From: Leptospiraceae bacterium
Lineage (GTDB): Bacteria; Spirochaetota; Leptospiria; Leptospirales; Leptonemataceae
Length of the DNA stretch: 64,000 bases
Direction: 5' to 3'
Assembly: GCA_040217195.1 (NCBI GenBank)
Contig: JAVJNR010000002.1
Span: 128,001-192,000 of the forward strand
Part shown: positions 38,931 through 48,503 of the stretch, piece after piece
How positions within the stretch are numbered: position 1 is the first letter of the stretch
How the letters are laid out: every line of letters begins with the position of its first letter
Translations under genes and position numbers: made by a program
The notes under the pieces: generated by a model
The model's database searches: none
Told to the model about the DNA's origin: nothing
The model's input: only the letters and a program-made list of their open reading frames with translations

Positions 38931-40481
38931 ATCAATTCTTCCAGACAAAAGCCACAATTTCTATTCCTGATTGCCGGATTCCTGATTGCTCCCCTTTTCT
39001 TTTCTGTACCTATCTCTGCACAGACCGCTGCCGTGATGGAGCGTTTCGACTACAATGGCAGTATGCTGGTCCGGGGTTTCTATACAAGCAGGGACCTTCC
39101 TCTGGAAAAGCAAACAGCTACTTTGTGTCCTAACCCTTACACGAATTCCAGCTCATCTGGCTCCAGCAGTAGCACCTCGGGTAATAGCAAATGCAGGGAG
39201 GAGCGGGATTTTTACACAGCAAGGTTTCGATTGAATCTCGCCTTTCGCCCTTCAAATTTTGTAGATATCATATACGGACTGGAAGTAGGGGAGCTTGAAT
39301 TCGGAGATACCACTACCGGAAACACAGGGCCAGGCTCCGGCGGCACCGGTTCAGGTAGCGCTAATCTGGAGACTCGTGAGTTAAGACTAAATATTCACAA
39401 TGAGAAAAAGACAATAAGCTTCAATGCAGGAGTCTTTCCTTACGGAACTCCCAACGGATTCGTGGCTGCTACAAGCGGAGCGGGATTCAATTTGAACTAT
39501 TCTAAGGCGGAATGGTTTTCTGAGTTTGAATTATACTATATAAAAAAGGAAGACCAGTCACGGGTGGATCGAGACTCCAACGGATTTAATGACGACAATT
39601 ACAAGGATGTGGATGTATTGCTGGGGAACTGGAAGTATTCAGGCTTACCCGGTTATCGCTCGGAGTTATATGCTCTTTATCGTGGAGATAATCGCACAGA
39701 AGATGCAAGTGGCAATGTAAGGGACACCTCCAGATTGTACTGGGCCGGGTTTTATCAGAGATATCGATGGGGAAAATTCAATTTCATGCTCCATGTAATC
39801 GGTAACTGGGGTAACGTGTATACTACCAGCCGCGACCTGCCCCGCGAAGATTTGCTGGCGGGAACGTCAGTGCTGGCACTTGCTGAGGAGGCTGAGAACT
39901 ATCTTCCAGATCAAAGAGAGAAGCGAAAGATCGATGCAGGGGCTGGTGAAGCAGAAGTAGGCTATCAGATCACGGATCGTTTTAAGTTTTCTCTGGCTGT
40001 AGCCGGAGCCAGTGGTCGCCGGGGAGTGGAACCTGACGGTCGATCGGTGGATTACCGAAGGGATCAATTTCACTATGCAGGTCAGGCCTATCAATTTAGT
40101 GAGATTTCCGTGGATTCCTCCGGGGGGTACAGTCTATTTACATTGGGGGATCTCACCGGTCTGGTTGTTCGGGGGGCACGATTTGAAGCTCAAATATACG
40201 AATCCGTGGACACCGAAATCGGTTACTATTCATTGCATAGCTACCGGACGCCCACCATCGATTACAATCAGTACTTTACTGAATTTCCCGGTGGCAAGGG
40301 CCCTTCATCCTATTTCGGTCAGGAAGTGAACTGGAGGGTGAACTGGAGACCATTTAGCGATCTAACCGTTACTGCCTACGTCGCCTATTTCGATGCCGGG
40401 GATGGCTATAAGATTCTAAGAGATGTTGAGTACGGCGATGAGGCACTGGAATTCATGATCAGCGCCAATCAGACCTTTTAG
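38931..40481 (+). CDS. Putative outer-membrane beta-barrel protein (alginate-export-like)
   Basis: Alternating aromatic beta-strand pattern, C-terminal Phe (ISANQTF); signal peptide encoded upstream of the GTG at 39033; start inferred at ATC 38931. Confidence 0.7.
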   Translation: MNSSRQKPQFLFLIAGFLIAPLFFSVPISAQTAAVMERFDYNGSMLVRGFYTSRDLPLEKQTATLCPNPYTNSSSSGSSSSTSGNSKCREERDFYTARFRLNLAFRPSNFVDIIYGLEVGELEFGDTTTGNTGPGSGGTGSGSANLETRELRLNIHNEKKTISFNAGVFPYGTPNGFVAATSGAGFNLNYSKAEWFSEFELYYIKKEDQSRVDRDSNGFNDDNYKDVDVLLGNWKYSGLPGYRSELYALYRGDNRTEDASGNVRDTSRLYWAGFYQRYRWGKFNFMLHVIGNWGNVYTTSRDLPREDLLAGTSVLALAEEAENYLPDQREKRKIDAGAGEAEVGYQITDRFKFSLAVAGASGRRGVEPDGRSVDYRRDQFHYAGQAYQFSEISVDSSGGYSLFTLGDLTGLVVRGARFEAQIYESVDTEIGYYSLHSYRTPTIDYNQYFTEFPGGKGPSSYFGQEVNWRVNWRPFSDLTVTAYVAYFDAGDGYKILRDVEYGDEALEFMISANQTF

Positions 40482-40900
40482 AATGGCCGAATGACAGCCA
40501 GAATAATCACTGCAATCAATACCAGGGTGGGCACTTCATTCATCAAGCGAAATCGCCTGGAAGGATAATTACGCCCGGCCAGAAGCTGCTTTCGGTAGTA
40601 GCCGGCGAGAAAATGCCAGAAAACCAGAAACAGAACCAGAGTGATTTTAGCATGCAGCCACCCCGCTTTTGCAAATGCAGTCCATTGTAGATACACCATG
40701 GCCAGTCCAAATACCCAGGTAATTACCATCGCCGGTGTCATGATAATCTGGTAGAGCTTTCTTTCCATAATTGCCAGCTGATCACGAACGGATTGATGTT
40801 CAGTCTCCACGTGGTACACAAATAGTCTCCAGATGTAGAACATTCCGGCAAACCAGGCGACCATGAAGATCAAATGAATGGCCTTAAACCAAAGATACAT
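40478..40900 (-). CDS. hemJ: Protoporphyrinogen oxidase HemJ
   Basis: YLWFKAIH....WFAGMFY..RLFVYH, MERKL..IIM.PAM, WLHAK, FRLMNEVPT, ..PF. Confidence 0.93.
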   Translation of the reverse strand: MYLWFKAIHLIFMVAWFAGMFYIWRLFVYHVETEHQSVRDQLAIMERKLYQIIMTPAMVITWVFGLAMVYLQWTAFAKAGWLHAKITLVLFLVFWHFLAGYYRKQLLAGRNYPSRRFRLMNEVPTLVLIAVIILAVIRPF

Positions 40901-41057
40901 AGTTCCAGGAATCAAATTGTCCCCCAATTGGCATCAAAAAATCAATTCCAGTCTTTGCCCCGGAAGCGGGAAAAACCCTGAATGACCATGGATTAGCTTT
41001 TTTCCAGATATAACTAAAAAAACTGGATCAATGAGGGCTACCTGGAATCGTTTCTGA

Positions 41058-41567
41058 ATGGTCCTCGTAATCGACGCATTCAATGCCATTTACAAATTCG
41101 ATGATCTGGAGGAGCATATGCATCGTGGCCAGCTGGAGTCTGCGATGCAGGGATTCATCCAGCGGATGGGCAGATTGAGGGAAGGCTGGAAAAAGCCTCT
41201 GGATATACACATTTTCTTTGATGGAAAAAAGAAGCAGGGAGATGATACGGACCGCGAAAATGTAGGTGGTCTGAAATGCTACTATAGTCATGATCGAAGC
41301 GCGGACTACTTGATTAAGCAGTTTCTCATTTCCTGCCAGTCTCCGGGAGAAGTACGTACGGTGAGCTCAGATAAACAGGTGCAGCATTTCGCCAAACAGT
41401 CTAGAAGCCAGGTACAATCTTCAGAAGACTTTGCCAAATGGGTGCAAGAAGTTCTCACTGCACCTGGAAAGAATCCAGAGGCGCGAAAGGAAGATCCAAA
41501 GATGACCGCCAGGGATATGGCCTACTGGATGGAAATGTTTAAAGGCAAAAGAAAAGGCGATCAGTAG
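41058..41567 (+). CDS. NYN/YacP-like PIN-fold ribonuclease
   Basis: VIDAFN, IFFDG, SAD.LI, VSSD..V, S..F acidic motifs. Confidence 0.8.
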   Translation: MVLVIDAFNAIYKFDDLEEHMHRGQLESAMQGFIQRMGRLREGWKKPLDIHIFFDGKKKQGDDTDRENVGGLKCYYSHDRSADYLIKQFLISCQSPGEVRTVSSDKQVQHFAKQSRSQVQSSEDFAKWVQEVLTAPGKNPEARKEDPKMTARDMAYWMEMFKGKRKGDQ

Positions 41568-41569
41568 TT

Positions 41570-41839
41570 ATGAACGATGGGATGCGAAATAGCTGGATCG
41601 TTGCCATCCGTTTGATGCTAACTGTCGTTGCATTGGTAGCTTTTCTGTTTGCAGCGTCTATGTTTATTCGCTTCATGCAAGTGTATATTGTGCTGAAAGA
41701 CATGGGTTATTCGAACCAGGAGATTCTTCCGGGTCACCATGATGCCCTCTTATTGGATGCAGTTCTGGCTTTGCTAGGACTTGGAGTCATCATTGTTTGT
41801 GCCGTTCTGGGCTTTGCAATTGGTCGATTGAAAAATTAG
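41570..41839 (+). CDS. Small 2-TM hypothetical membrane protein
   Basis: Two hydrophobic segments; starts 2 nt after the NYN gene stop. Confidence 0.65.
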   Translation: MNDGMRNSWIVAIRLMLTVVALVAFLFAASMFIRFMQVYIVLKDMGYSNQEILPGHHDALLLDAVLALLGLGVIIVCAVLGFAIGRLKN

Positions 41840-42352
41840 CGCCCCGCAGCATGCCGGATCTAATGCACTTCTGGCTATGCGGTAGTTACCTTCCATCTAA
41901 TGGAATCCCTTTCAACAGATAGTTAATCGTCTTTGAGTTTCTTCGGCTGCGGTGCCCGGGAGTCTGCCTGCCAATTCAGAATGCTTCTGGAATTAGAATT
42001 TTAGTTTCCGGCCAATTCTGATCCTTCCGTTCAGTGTAGGCTCAAGTTGAGGTCAGATACGGAATTTGTCATCAGGTTCGCCTGAAACCTCAGGCCAGCA
42101 TTTCCTTTTTTATCGCTCATTCGAATGTAAGGTAAAGTCTGCAGTCAAATTCAAGTCGGATATCGCCATTTGCTGCAGATTCGCAAGAGATCTCTGATCC
42201 GATTGAGATTTCAAGTGCTCCTTCAGATGCAAATCCATGTTCGCCTTAGAATTGTACCCATTCGCGGAAGTAGATTTGAGTGGGACTGCAAACTGGAATT
42301 AAGGTTCTGGCGCGAAAGTGAATGGGAGGTCCGATGAATTGGAAATCAGAGT

Positions 42353-44404
42353 TTACCAGATGAAGCCATCTGCATCGTCTCTTTTTTCTTTTCCGCTAAG
42401 TACATGAAAACGACGCACGCGACCCAGGATTACAGGATTGACTGTGCTGATCGGTATATGAACGATTTTCTGCCCCAGTCGGCTGGCCAGTTGAGTCATG
42501 TATGGAGCCGGCGGCTTATGAGCCAGATGGACCACTGCATTTCGTGTATTATATTCCAGACCGGCCAGCAATAATCTGTCTGCCGGTTTATCAAAGCGGT
42601 CGTAACCAGGGTCATTCCAGACATCATGAATTCGTCCTGGTGGAAAGGTTAGCATCAATCCACCGTAGGTGCAGCGGCAAATTCCCGGACCCACAACCTG
42701 ATCGCCTGGAAATGTAGAATAAAAGGCCATATCGCTTTCCTGATGGTGTTCACCCCACCAGACCACTTGCCAGGGATGTTTGTCTTCATCTTCGTCAAAA
42801 ATGATAACTACACTACCGGCATCGATGGCCTTCTTGTGCTGATCCCGAACATAGATTTTTCCAGAATGATAATTTCGAATTGTTTCTCGATAATCGATTC
42901 CATCTAAAAGAGAAGAACTGAATTCCAGAGTTTTTTCTTCGCTGGCCTTCATTATGGATTTCGCACGGTTCTGAAGATAGCGACCAAAATCTTCCAGCAC
43001 CACATCTTCCGGAGGATAGGAGCAAATACCACTTCCATCCCAGAGATCTCGCCATTGGCCTGGATACTTTTCTCTTTGAATATTTCTGGTGATTCTAGGT
43101 GGAGGAACTCTGCGTTTGATTCGACGCTTCAGGCGAAATCGAATCAGTTTATGGTGCCGGAACAGATCATCCAGAGTGATTTCTTTTTCCTGGAATGGAC
43201 TGGGCCCCGGTTCTCGAAGAAACATTAAAATATCATGAAAGATTCGAGCGAAGTTATCGTTTCCAAAGGCCCGTGCGCTCAGTACAAGTTGGTAGGTGTC
43301 CGGTAGAAGCTTCTGATTCAGGAAGCTCCAGTTGCGAGCAAACTGGAAGAAAATCTTTTCCCTTTGAGGAGGAAATATTTCGCCGGATTCTCGCTCATAT
43401 CGATGTCTTGTTTCTCTAAATACCTGTCTTTGAAGCCTGATTCGATCAAAGCCAGGCAAAGCTCGGTGATACTTTCGCGCTAAATTCCAGGCAGTGTTAT
43501 AATATCCAGGCTGAGTCAGTACTTCTGGATGCTTTCTAGAAAGGATTGTAATTTCCACTTCATCCCGGGACTGATTGACTCGATCATTCCAGTCCAGGAG
43601 TTCTTCCAGAGGTTCCTTTTCATCCAGGGGCGGAGCGGAATTGGAAGGCTCAGTGTTCTGAATCGTTTCCTTTCCCTGGTCGCTGTATTCCAGAGCGGGA
43701 AGACCCGCCGTGCTCATGGCCACCTCTGCCTTTTCCTTTTCCGCCGCGAACTCTTCGTTGGAGAGTCCCATCAATCTCTGGATGGAAGGCAAATGCTTCA
43801 TACCGCAGACAAGAAGTGTCCAGTCCTCATCTGGATTCTGAAAGTTGGCCAGCTGTCGCATCCTTTCGGCCAGGCTGATCTCTCGAATGTAATCTACAAA
43901 GTCTACAAATTGCAGTCTAAGATCGCCTGCCTTTGCAGGGCCCGGCAACTCCTTGCGATACATTTCATACAGATCGCCTATGCTAAGCTCATTCAGGGAA
44001 TAGGTATCCGGAAAGCGTTCATCCGTCCAGGCGTAGATGCCTTCTATCAGTCGATCCGCTGCATGAATAGGTATGCCAGCCTCAAAAGCAGATCGTGCGG
44101 CCTCTACGATAGGCTCCAGTGGCTCCATGATAAAATGGATGGGTGGATAGGTAGGAGGCTCTAGAGTCAGTACAGGTATGGATTCAGCATAAGGCAGAGC
44201 CCGATGCAATGCATTGCTGAATACATCGGGCAGTTCCAGAACAAGCTGAGAGGGTGGTCTTTCCAGAAAAAGCCGTCGGACAAGTAGTGTGCATTCAGCC
44301 GAACCATGAACGATGGGCAGGGCCCGTATTCCGGCAGCCAGATCAATGGCTATTTCGGAATCAGAGTGTAGCTTGCTCCGGGCTGGATAGTTGTTCGCAG
44401 ACAT
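42353..44404 (-). CDS. Uncharacterised 683-aa protein with TraB/YehM-like N-terminal domain
   Basis: LPIVHGS, LVLELP, IREISLA.R, LLVCGMKHL; C-terminal GICSYPPED and DGIDYRETIRN. Confidence 0.75.
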   Translation of the reverse strand: MSANNYPARSKLHSDSEIAIDLAAGIRALPIVHGSAECTLLVRRLFLERPPSQLVLELPDVFSNALHRALPYAESIPVLTLEPPTYPPIHFIMEPLEPIVEAARSAFEAGIPIHAADRLIEGIYAWTDERFPDTYSLNELSIGDLYEMYRKELPGPAKAGDLRLQFVDFVDYIREISLAERMRQLANFQNPDEDWTLLVCGMKHLPSIQRLMGLSNEEFAAEKEKAEVAMSTAGLPALEYSDQGKETIQNTEPSNSAPPLDEKEPLEELLDWNDRVNQSRDEVEITILSRKHPEVLTQPGYYNTAWNLARKYHRALPGFDRIRLQRQVFRETRHRYERESGEIFPPQREKIFFQFARNWSFLNQKLLPDTYQLVLSARAFGNDNFARIFHDILMFLREPGPSPFQEKEITLDDLFRHHKLIRFRLKRRIKRRVPPPRITRNIQREKYPGQWRDLWDGSGICSYPPEDVVLEDFGRYLQNRAKSIMKASEEKTLEFSSSLLDGIDYRETIRNYHSGKIYVRDQHKKAIDAGSVVIIFDEDEDKHPWQVVWWGEHHQESDMAFYSTFPGDQVVGPGICRCTYGGLMLTFPPGRIHDVWNDPGYDRFDKPADRLLLAGLEYNTRNAVVHLAHKPPAPYMTQLASRLGQKIVHIPISTVNPVILGRVRRFHVLSGKEKRDDADGFIW

Positions 44405-44458
44405 GCTTTAGCTCAATCTCTGTTTATTGGGAATGTTTCTCAAAGATACCAATGGGAC

Positions 44459-45319
44459 TCAGGTCACAAGATAACGAAGTGCATCATCGCCCAGAATGCC
44501 CATGACTGAATCGTGAAGCAATTCGCGAAAGCGAGCTTCATCCGTTACGATTTGACCACCCTCCTTCTTGAAGAATTCCCTGGATAGCCCCAGTTTGAGC
44601 ACCATTCTTGTGATATTGATTCCATCTCGCACAGAATAGGGTTCATCTGCCTGGTGGGCCGCTTGCAGAAATCTTACTACATAGCTGATGATTTCATCCG
44701 GCGCAAAGGGAAGGTTGGCTTTCAGGATTTCCGCTTCCTCATCAGCATCTGCAAAATCGATGTAAATCTGAGGTTGTAGCCGGCTCTGAATGTATTCCGG
44801 AATTTCAAATGTAGAGGCATCCTCATTCATGGTGGCACAGAAGCGAAACTCGGGATGGGCTTTGACCTTGATACCTGCAATAATCGATTCAATATATCTT
44901 CTATGGTCCAGCAAGGGTGCCAGAGAAGCCCAGGACTTTTCACCCATGCGATTGCCTTCATCTAAAATGGCTACTCCCCCTTCAATCATTGCCGTGACGA
45001 TGGCACTGGCCACGTATTTGATTTTACCGGATTCGGCGATGACAGGGGTAATTAGGAGATCTTCCGGTCTTGTATCCATGGTGGCCTGAAAAATATAAAC
45101 AGGCTTTGCCAGGGCTCGGGCTGCTGCGGCCGCTAGCGTAGTTTTGCCTACGCCGGGGCGACCAATTAGTCTGGGATTCAGAGGGATGTCATCCTCATGG
45201 ACCGTCATCCAGCAGGCCATTAGCTGCTGTAGAACATCCATATTTCCCACCCAGGGATGCTCGTCCTGATCCGGGGCTCCCAGATGTAGAGTGATTCCGT
45301 CGATGCTATGTGTTTTCAT
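44459..45319 (-). CDS. MoxR-like AAA+ ATPase
   Basis: Walker A GRPGVGKTT, Walker B ILDEGNR, HPEFRFCATMN, SRL; ATG at 45319. Confidence 0.92.
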   Translation of the reverse strand: MKTHSIDGITLHLGAPDQDEHPWVGNMDVLQQLMACWMTVHEDDIPLNPRLIGRPGVGKTTLAAAAARALAKPVYIFQATMDTRPEDLLITPVIAESGKIKYVASAIVTAMIEGGVAILDEGNRMGEKSWASLAPLLDHRRYIESIIAGIKVKAHPEFRFCATMNEDASTFEIPEYIQSRLQPQIYIDFADADEEAEILKANLPFAPDEIISYVVRFLQAAHQADEPYSVRDGINITRMVLKLGLSREFFKKEGGQIVTDEARFRELLHDSVMGILGDDALRYLVT

Positions 45320-45399
45320 GGACAGGCCAACCTGCACTGTATCCGGCCGGCTGTCAAGATGGGCTTGACCCTGTTGGTTTTACCCGGGTCCATACCGTC

Positions 45400-47313
45400 A
45401 TGCGTAACCTGTGGCTGCTCTCAACGCTCTTCCTCACTACAACGTTCCATCCGAATCTATCATTGCTGGCAGAGACGGAGGACTATTCCGGGGTAACCGA
45501 GGTAAATCGGAGTCCAGAAGCAGAACGCTTCATGGATCGCTTCATGGCAGAATCGGCAAGGGAGGCGAAGGTACCCGGAGCGATTGTGGCCATAGTGCAA
45601 AACGGGGAGATTATTCTGCTCAAGGGCTACGGAGATGCTCGTCTGGCCGATGGGAAGAAAGTGGATCCAGCTACTACGATCTTTCGAGTAGGAAGTATAT
45701 CCAAAACCTTCGTGGGTCTGGGCATCCTGCAGATGATTCAAAAAGGGGAGTTGAACCTGGATCAGGATGTGGGTGAAATTCTGCCCGAACTGGCAGTGAA
45801 ATTCGAGCATCCGGTGACAATTAGAAACCTTGTTACTCACACCGCAGGCTTTGATGAAAAGCTCATTGGGCTGGGCGCCGCGCCGGAGGAAAAGTTGCCG
45901 CCTCTCAAAGACATTGTTACGGAGCAGTACCCCGGCCAGATTGCCATTCCCGGAACTTATTATAATTATTCGAACTACGGATATCTGGTACTGGCTGCTG
46001 TGCTGGAAGTAGTTTCCCAACAGCCATTCGCTTCCTATCAGAATGAAAAAGTTCTGGGGCCCCTGGGTATGGAAGCGGCGTTCCTGCCAGAAGAAATCGA
46101 TCAGGATTCTCTATCGGCCAGTTACTTCACAGGTATGGATGATCAGAGGGTGGAAATGCAGCCAATGAGGCTACGTTACTTTCCGGTGGGGTCGGTTTAT
46201 GGAACGGGACAGGATATGGCTCGCTATCTACAGGCTCTAACAAATGGTTTTTCCCGGAGTGCCATTATCGATTCGGCCAGCTTTTCTCTGCTAACGGAAA
46301 ATCAGTTCCGGCCCAATCCTGAACTAAACGGCACTGCCTTTACTTTCTACGAAAGAGATCTGCGCGGCCTGCGAATGTTGGAACACGGCGGTGACTGGGA
46401 GGCTTTTTCTTCTCTGATATCGTTCTCGCCGGAGAACAAAACTGGGATATTTTTCTCTACTAACGGTTCCGCAGATCCCATGCTCAGGGGAAAATTAATG
46501 CAGTCATTTGCTGATTTTCTGGGTCTGGAATCTGATGCAGAAATCTCAGTGACTCAGCCCGAGTTACCCCTGGAGAACTACACCGGTTCCTATCGATACG
46601 CTCGATATGAACATTTTGGGCTACTGAAGGTAGCCGGCCTTCCCATGCAGGTTGATGTTTCCGTAGAGCAAGATCATCTGCTGGCCACTTTTCCGGCGGA
46701 GTTTCGCGAACCTATTAAATTACTTCCGGTGGGGGGCCATGTTTTTGCATCCAGCGATCCGGTAGTCAAGATTGCCTTTCGCATAGAAGACGGAAAATCT
46801 GTGGGAGTATCGGGCACATATTTGATACCGTTTTATCTTGAGAGAATTAGCCCATTGGAAGGAATGCAAACCGTTGTGCCTCTGACAGCCTTTGCAGTTC
46901 TTTCCATGCTTGCCTGTCTTTTCCTTCCAGTGGCTCGTAAAGTTTATGCAAAATTCTTCAGGAAAGAAGCTCCGGATCTGAGCCAGGAAGCAGAGGCAGA
47001 GGAGAGAAAAGCTTTCAGGCTTCTAATTGCAACCGCCTGGGCCCATGTATTGTTCTTACTGGGAACACAAATCCATATGGGAGTGTTGCAGCAGCAGATT
47101 GTAGAAGGTGTGCCCCGGAGCCTGGAGGCTCTATTATACCTTCCTTACGGACTGCTCCTTCTGACAATACTGCTGGCTATTCGAATACCGAAAGTCTGGA
47201 ATGCATACAGCTGGGGTGCGGGTACCAGAATATTCTACACTCTTGTGGCAGCGGCGGGAGTGGCATTCTTTCAACTGCTCTGGTACTGGAATCTGATCGC
47301 GCCGGTACGATAG
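45400..47313 (+). CDS. Beta-lactamase-family serine hydrolase with C-terminal TM helices
   Basis: Signal peptide; FRVGSISK (SxxK), L.THTAG, YSN (YxN), EHGG; about 4 TM at the C-terminus. Confidence 0.9.
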   Translation: MRNLWLLSTLFLTTTFHPNLSLLAETEDYSGVTEVNRSPEAERFMDRFMAESAREAKVPGAIVAIVQNGEIILLKGYGDARLADGKKVDPATTIFRVGSISKTFVGLGILQMIQKGELNLDQDVGEILPELAVKFEHPVTIRNLVTHTAGFDEKLIGLGAAPEEKLPPLKDIVTEQYPGQIAIPGTYYNYSNYGYLVLAAVLEVVSQQPFASYQNEKVLGPLGMEAAFLPEEIDQDSLSASYFTGMDDQRVEMQPMRLRYFPVGSVYGTGQDMARYLQALTNGFSRSAIIDSASFSLLTENQFRPNPELNGTAFTFYERDLRGLRMLEHGGDWEAFSSLISFSPENKTGIFFSTNGSADPMLRGKLMQSFADFLGLESDAEISVTQPELPLENYTGSYRYARYEHFGLLKVAGLPMQVDVSVEQDHLLATFPAEFREPIKLLPVGGHVFASSDPVVKIAFRIEDGKSVGVSGTYLIPFYLERISPLEGMQTVVPLTAFAVLSMLACLFLPVARKVYAKFFRKEAPDLSQEAEAEERKAFRLLIATAWAHVLFLLGTQIHMGVLQQQIVEGVPRSLEALLYLPYGLLLLTILLAIRIPKVWNAYSWGAGTRIFYTLVAAAGVAFFQLLWYWNLIAPVR

Positions 47314-47415
47314 CCAGCCATGGGCGGCTGGTCCGCAATTGCTCTTTTCTCTATCTCAGGAAGGGCCGGGCTAGATTGAGCAGGCCCTGGATTGCCCCGG
47401 GAGGACCCGGCCGGT

Positions 47416-47865
47416 CTATTTGACTTCTGATCCCTGAGAAAGGATACGAACGGTTTTGTCCGGAAAGTTTGTTGTAATGGACTTTTCAATTTGAGCATGG
47501 ATGGATTTTGCTCGGCAAGAATCCGCATCCGGGATGTTTGAAAAGTCAGCCACAATTACGTTACCTTCTTCCTTTACGGAAAGTAGCTTTGTGCCCCGGT
47601 CGATGGCGCTATAAGCACCTTCCAGGGTTTCCCGGCTGGTTGGCCCTTTTAATAATTCCGTCAGTACGGCTTCTGGAGTTTTAGTTGCTACTTCCCGTTG
47701 TAGTGGTTCCACAGCGGCACAATCCGCGCCTCCGCTGGCAGACATGAAAATTTGAACGGTTGCCGGTCCTGCAGGCTCTGGCTCTGGAGCCGGCGCTTCA
47801 GAACAGCCGGCTCCTAGAAAAATAACCAGAGAGAATGTCAGGGTTGTTAAACGAAAATGCTCCAC
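47416..47865 (-). CDS. GerMN-domain lipoprotein
   Basis: Lipobox GAGC; L.ELLKGPT..E, T.LLSV, ADFS, QI..S...F. Confidence 0.8.
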   Translation of the reverse strand: MEHFRLTTLTFSLVIFLGAGCSEAPAPEPEPAGPATVQIFMSASGGADCAAVEPLQREVATKTPEAVLTELLKGPTSRETLEGAYSAIDRGTKLLSVKEEGNVIVADFSNIPDADSCRAKSIHAQIEKSITTNFPDKTVRILSQGSEVK

Positions 47866-47906
47866 ACTATATTATCGGACCGGGGCCCGGTTTATCATTA
47901 AACTTC

Positions 47907-48392
47907 TCAGGGCGCAAGTTCCCACTTTTCCACTTTGTTTCGAACGCCCAGGCCGCCTTCCTGAATGCTCAGGCTAACGATTAATGGCCTGCCTGGAGTG
48001 GCCAGACGTGCCAGTTGCATCATCTTATCACAGAGAGATTTATTGGACATTTGCTGTAGTCTGAACCAGCCTTTGAGCTCCCAGTCTTCATCCTCATTTA
48101 GCATGTAGTGCTCAACGCGATACAGATCCGCGGGTTCCACTCGTTCATCCTCGTACTCTACTTCAGAGTTTACGCCACAGGACAAAACCACCGCCTGCAT
48201 ACCGGGAGTATACTCCTCATTGGTTCCCCAGAGAAGACCTGGTACAGTCTCCTTTCTTGGATACAGCCAGATTACATTGGTGTCCTCTGCTTCTGATTTC
48301 ACCAGCTGCATGTCGAACCTGGTTTCCGCAGACAGTCCATTGGTACCGAATGCCAGTAGTGCGAGGATGGGCAGTAACCGGTAAACTTTCAT
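47907..48392 (-). CDS. Secreted hypothetical protein
   Basis: Signal peptide ending GLSA; AGGAG SD. Confidence 0.75.
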   Translation of the reverse strand: MKVYRLLPILALLAFGTNGLSAETRFDMQLVKSEAEDTNVIWLYPRKETVPGLLWGTNEEYTPGMQAVVLSCGVNSEVEYEDERVEPADLYRVEHYMLNEDEDWELKGWFRLQQMSNKSLCDKMMQLARLATPGRPLIVSLSIQEGGLGVRNKVEKWELAP

Positions 48393-48503
48393 AGATTTCT
48401 CCTGATTTTGTTGCGCCCTTGAATCAGACGCACTGTAGTCAGACGAGCCTGAAGGTCACAGGGTTACGGTAAAATAAATTTTCCTCGCCTCCAGGGCTGG
48501 AAG

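Noticed and set aside
41058..41839. NYN nuclease plus small membrane protein as a toxin-antitoxin or anti-phage pair
   Set aside because: YacP-like NYN proteins are usually housekeeping RNases, and there is no antitoxin-like DNA-binding domain or defence/mobile context
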